Translations under genes and position numbers: made by a program
From: Cyanobacteriota bacterium
GTDB lineage: Bacteria > Cyanobacteriota > Cyanobacteriia > Thermostichales > Thermostichaceae
Direction of reading: 5' to 3'
DNA length: 64,000 bases
NCBI GenBank assembly: GCA_033764955.1
Contig: JANRIL010000024.1
Coordinates: forward strand, 32,001 to 96,000
In this document: positions 61,178 through 64,000 of the stretch, in pieces
How the letters are laid out: the number at the start of each line of letters is the position of its first letter
Position numbering within the stretch: position 1 is the first letter of the stretch
The notes under the pieces: generated by a model
Seen by the model: only the letters and a program-made list of their open reading frames with translations
Database searches by the model: none
What the model was told of the DNA's origin: nothing

Positions 61178-62098
61178 ATGACATCCTCGCCAGAGTTGCC
61201 GATTACCGGAACCTTTTTGGATGAAATCAGCCACGATATCCCCTCTGCCAACTGGGGATCCCAAGCATGGGCTAAGGAATTTGCCTCAATGCAGGCGGAT
61301 GGGATTGATACTGTGATTTTGATTCGGGCTGGTTATCGAGATCGCGCCACCTTCCCCTCCCAGGTGCTGAGTCAGCTACACCCCCATTTGATTGTTCAGG
61401 AAGATTTGGTCGATCTATTCTTACGATTGGCAGATCAGCATCATATGGCTTTTTATTTCGGCACTTATGATTCGGGTCTTTATTGGCAACAGGATAATTA
61501 TCAACTGGAGTTGGATATTAACCGAGCTTTTGTCGATGAAGTATGGCAACGTTATGGAGACTATTCAGCTTTTCAGGGTTGGTATATTTGCCATGAGATC
61601 AATACTTTCTCAGAGGGCATGATGCAAGTTTATGAACAGCTTTCTCGTCACCTCAAAGATCTCAAAAATTTACCTATCTTAATTTCTCCTTATATTCGTG
61701 GCTCCAAACAATTTGCGGACGCGATTAGTTTGACTCACCATGAACAGGAGTGGCGGGAAGTTTTTGCCCGTTTGGATGGCCTAGTGGATATTGTGGCGTT
61801 TCAAGATGGGCAGGTAGAGTTTGCCGAATTGCCCGACTATTTGGCGATTAATGCTCAATTGGCTCGTCAACACCACATCACCTGTTGGTCAAATATTGAA
61901 ACATTTGATCGAGATGTCTATATTAAATTTCCACCTATTGCTTGGCCAAAACTACGCTATAAAATTGAAGCGGCTCGCTCGGCGGGGGTAGATAAACTGA
62001 TCACTTTTGAGTATTCCCATTTTCTCAGCCCAAACTCAATGTTTCCATCCGCTCATCATTTACGGGACTGCTATCGGGAGTGGTATAGATCAGCCTAA
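61178..62098 (+). CDS. DUF4434-like glycoside-hydrolase-fold protein
   Basis: ITGTFLDEISHDIP, GWYICHE, FQDG, WSNIETF. Confidence 0.7.
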   Translation: MTSSPELPITGTFLDEISHDIPSANWGSQAWAKEFASMQADGIDTVILIRAGYRDRATFPSQVLSQLHPHLIVQEDLVDLFLRLADQHHMAFYFGTYDSGLYWQQDNYQLELDINRAFVDEVWQRYGDYSAFQGWYICHEINTFSEGMMQVYEQLSRHLKDLKNLPILISPYIRGSKQFADAISLTHHEQEWREVFARLDGLVDIVAFQDGQVEFAELPDYLAINAQLARQHHITCWSNIETFDRDVYIKFPPIAWPKLRYKIEAARSAGVDKLITFEYSHFLSPNSMFPSAHHLRDCYREWYRSA

Positions 62099-62279
62099 TC
62101 TTCTGAAGAAGTATCCCAAAGATATCTAGAATTCACTAGTTCTATGACAGTAACCCTGCCCTCTCATGAAATCAGAGGTTGACATTATCCCAAGGGGATC
62201 CCATTCGTTAGCACACAAAAATCCCCCCTGCTCTCCGGGATGTCGAGAAAGGGGGAAAACCCATCAACGATCCCATCGC

Positions 62280-62450
62280 CTAGTGGCAACAGTCGGATGT
62301 GACGCAGCAGACGGAAGGGTGATCATGGTCGTGGGTAGCACAAGCTTCGCTACAAAATAGTTGGCCTGCAAAACTAAACCCCTGGCTAGAGTCAAAACTG
62401 CACTGGCAATGGTCACAGGCGCAGCGTACCAATTCAGCAGTAGCAGACAT
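62280..62450 (-). CDS. smtA: Bacterial metallothionein (SmtA/BmtA family), 56 aa
   Basis: SD gaggg; MSATAELVRCACDHCQCSFDSSQGFSFAGQLFCSEACATHDHDHPSVCCVTSDCCH. Confidence 0.88.
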   Translation of the reverse strand: MSATAELVRCACDHCQCSFDSSQGFSFAGQLFCSEACATHDHDHPSVCCVTSDCCH

Positions 62451-62557
62451 ACGCTATCAACTCCCTCTTAAAACAGTAGAATTAGCCTAGCAAGGTAGCA
62501 GGCTGGCTCCTGAAACCAAAATCATTCTCACTCTTATCCAAAGATTTCTAAAGTAGG

Positions 62558-63808
62558 CTAATTGGGGGCAATTTGTTTTTGCCACTCCTGCTCTAGGCGG
62601 GTAGTATATTCCGCATTCACTACAGGAACGGCCTCCTGAATGAGAGGTTGCAATGGGACTCCATAACGGACTTCTACCTCTGCGAAGGCAGCTTGTTCCT
62701 CCGCTGAGAGGTCTGCCACCCTGATCAGCGGGGGATCCCCCCAGACTTCTGGCTTGAGTTTTTCCAGTTGTCCGGCGGGACTGGCTAAGAGATTAGCTAG
62801 AACCATTGCTCCGGCTGGATTGCTGGCATTGCTGGGAATGGCGGTAAATGAGGGGTCATTGAGGGTAGATCCTGCCATTGTGAAGGCACGAGTGGTCGTA
62901 GGAAATTGTTTTGCTATGATGCCAAGGGCGATGTTGCTGACAAAGGTGGGCATGATCCAAATCTCACCATTGGCAAACAATTCGGCTAAGCGGCTTTGAC
63001 TGGGAGGATAGCTAACCCCTTTCTGCCAAAGGTAAGGTTCCAGTTGGCGGAGATAGGCCAAAACCTGTGGGGACTTCTCCACCCAGAGATCCGCATTAAA
63101 CTCCGCTCCGGCATATTGCTCATAGCCACCCGTCGTGCCATAGAGAGCTGTCAAGACAAAACGGCTGCCATCAAAGGCAGGGGGAGCCACATAGGTAAAT
63201 CGTCCGGGATTAGCCTCCGCCCACGTCAGCAGTTCAGCAAAGCTCTGGGGGGGCTGGCTGACCCGTGCTGAGTCATAGGCCATCAAATAATAGCTGCCCG
63301 TGTAGGGAGCTTCGTAGCCATCGATGGGCAAGCCAAAGTCGCTCTCAACACTGAGATTATTTTGGTAGTAAGCCATGCTGGGCAAGGGATCCGTAAAAGG
63401 GCCAAAGAGCAAATTGCCCTGTTTGAGGGTACGGAAGTTCTCGCCGTTGATCCAAATCAAGTCAATGCTGCCACCCGTGGTTAAGCCAGCTTGCACTTCT
63501 CCCACCACCTTGTTCACCGCCTCGACGGTATCGCTGAGGGGAATGCGGTTGAGGGTAATCTGGTAGTTTTGCTTGAGTTGGGTTGCCACCCAGCCATCGA
63601 CAAAGCGGTTGATCTGATCGCTGCCACTCCACATTGCCCAGTTAACAGTGGTGCCACGACTGCGCTCAACAATCGCATCCCAACTGGCGGAACGGGGATC
63701 CCAAGTTTGGGTGTATCCTGTTAGTCCGCTCAATCCTGACCATCCCAGCCCTAAGAGCAATGCCACTAGCCCCAACAGGGAGCGGCGGGATCCCTTTCCG
63801 TTTCGCAT
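62558..63808 (-). CDS. ABC substrate-binding protein (YnjB-like)
   Basis: GSIDLIWINGENF, NPGRFTY.PP.FDG, AIPSNA, WGDP. Confidence 0.82.
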   Translation of the reverse strand: MRNGKGSRRSLLGLVALLLGLGWSGLSGLTGYTQTWDPRSASWDAIVERSRGTTVNWAMWSGSDQINRFVDGWVATQLKQNYQITLNRIPLSDTVEAVNKVVGEVQAGLTTGGSIDLIWINGENFRTLKQGNLLFGPFTDPLPSMAYYQNNLSVESDFGLPIDGYEAPYTGSYYLMAYDSARVSQPPQSFAELLTWAEANPGRFTYVAPPAFDGSRFVLTALYGTTGGYEQYAGAEFNADLWVEKSPQVLAYLRQLEPYLWQKGVSYPPSQSRLAELFANGEIWIMPTFVSNIALGIIAKQFPTTTRAFTMAGSTLNDPSFTAIPSNASNPAGAMVLANLLASPAGQLEKLKPEVWGDPPLIRVADLSAEEQAAFAEVEVRYGVPLQPLIQEAVPVVNAEYTTRLEQEWQKQIAPN

Positions 63809-63891
63809 AGGTTCTTCCTCAAGATCGTTGAATCATGATCGTTAGCGCAACACTTTGAATCCGCTTGAACCCCCCTTTTGATAGCCCTCGG

Positions 63892-64000
63892 TCACGCGGC
63901 AAGGATAGGTGGCCTCACCGAAACAGGTGCTTCTGGCAACGGCCAAAGAGCGGCGGGAGGCAGTGCAACCCACACCTCATCGGTGACCTTCACCGCTGGA
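63892..64000 (-). CDS. 3' end of an upstream gene, possibly an ABC ATPase TOBE tail; partial
   Basis: Open frame PAVKVTDEVWVALPPAALWPLPEAPVSVRPPILAA* upstream of the binding protein gene. Confidence 0.45.
   Translation of the reverse strand, partial: PAVKVTDEVWVALPPAALWPLPEAPVSVRPPILAA

Overview
Chromosomal window from a cyanobacterium (psbK, sasA, PII with the RGSEY T-loop, NtcA boxes). The very abundant octamer GGGATCCC, rather than canonical HIP1 GCGATCGC, suggests a Thermostichus / hot-spring Synechococcus-like lineage (inference). Most of it is core genome: a nitrogen cluster (three amt genes plus glnB), ugpBAE, tRNA-Ser(CGA), rnpB, several histidine kinases, psbK, murJ, trmB and hspA. 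The strongest highlight is an IS200/IS605-type OMEGA element (33820-35265) encoding an apparently intact IsrB (PLMP + split RuvC, no HNH), with an upstream omegaRNA, end hairpins carrying the same insert, a candidate TTGA TAM, and a convergent stand-alone HNH gene. Other highlights: adjacent Hik34-like (degenerate ATPase) and sensor-less Hik2-like kinases; a multi-MshEN coiled-coil protein; a DXCF-like cyanobacteriochrome kinase; two likely pseudo-enzymes (M48 protease, 2Fe-2S cyclase); an RNase P RNA with extra insertions; a decayed TA cassette with attC-like ends; small genes missed by the ORF track (metallothionein, a 51-aa protein); and a 1.7-kb ORF-poor region with a helically phased repeat array. 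All family assignments come from motif recognition by eye, not from database searches.
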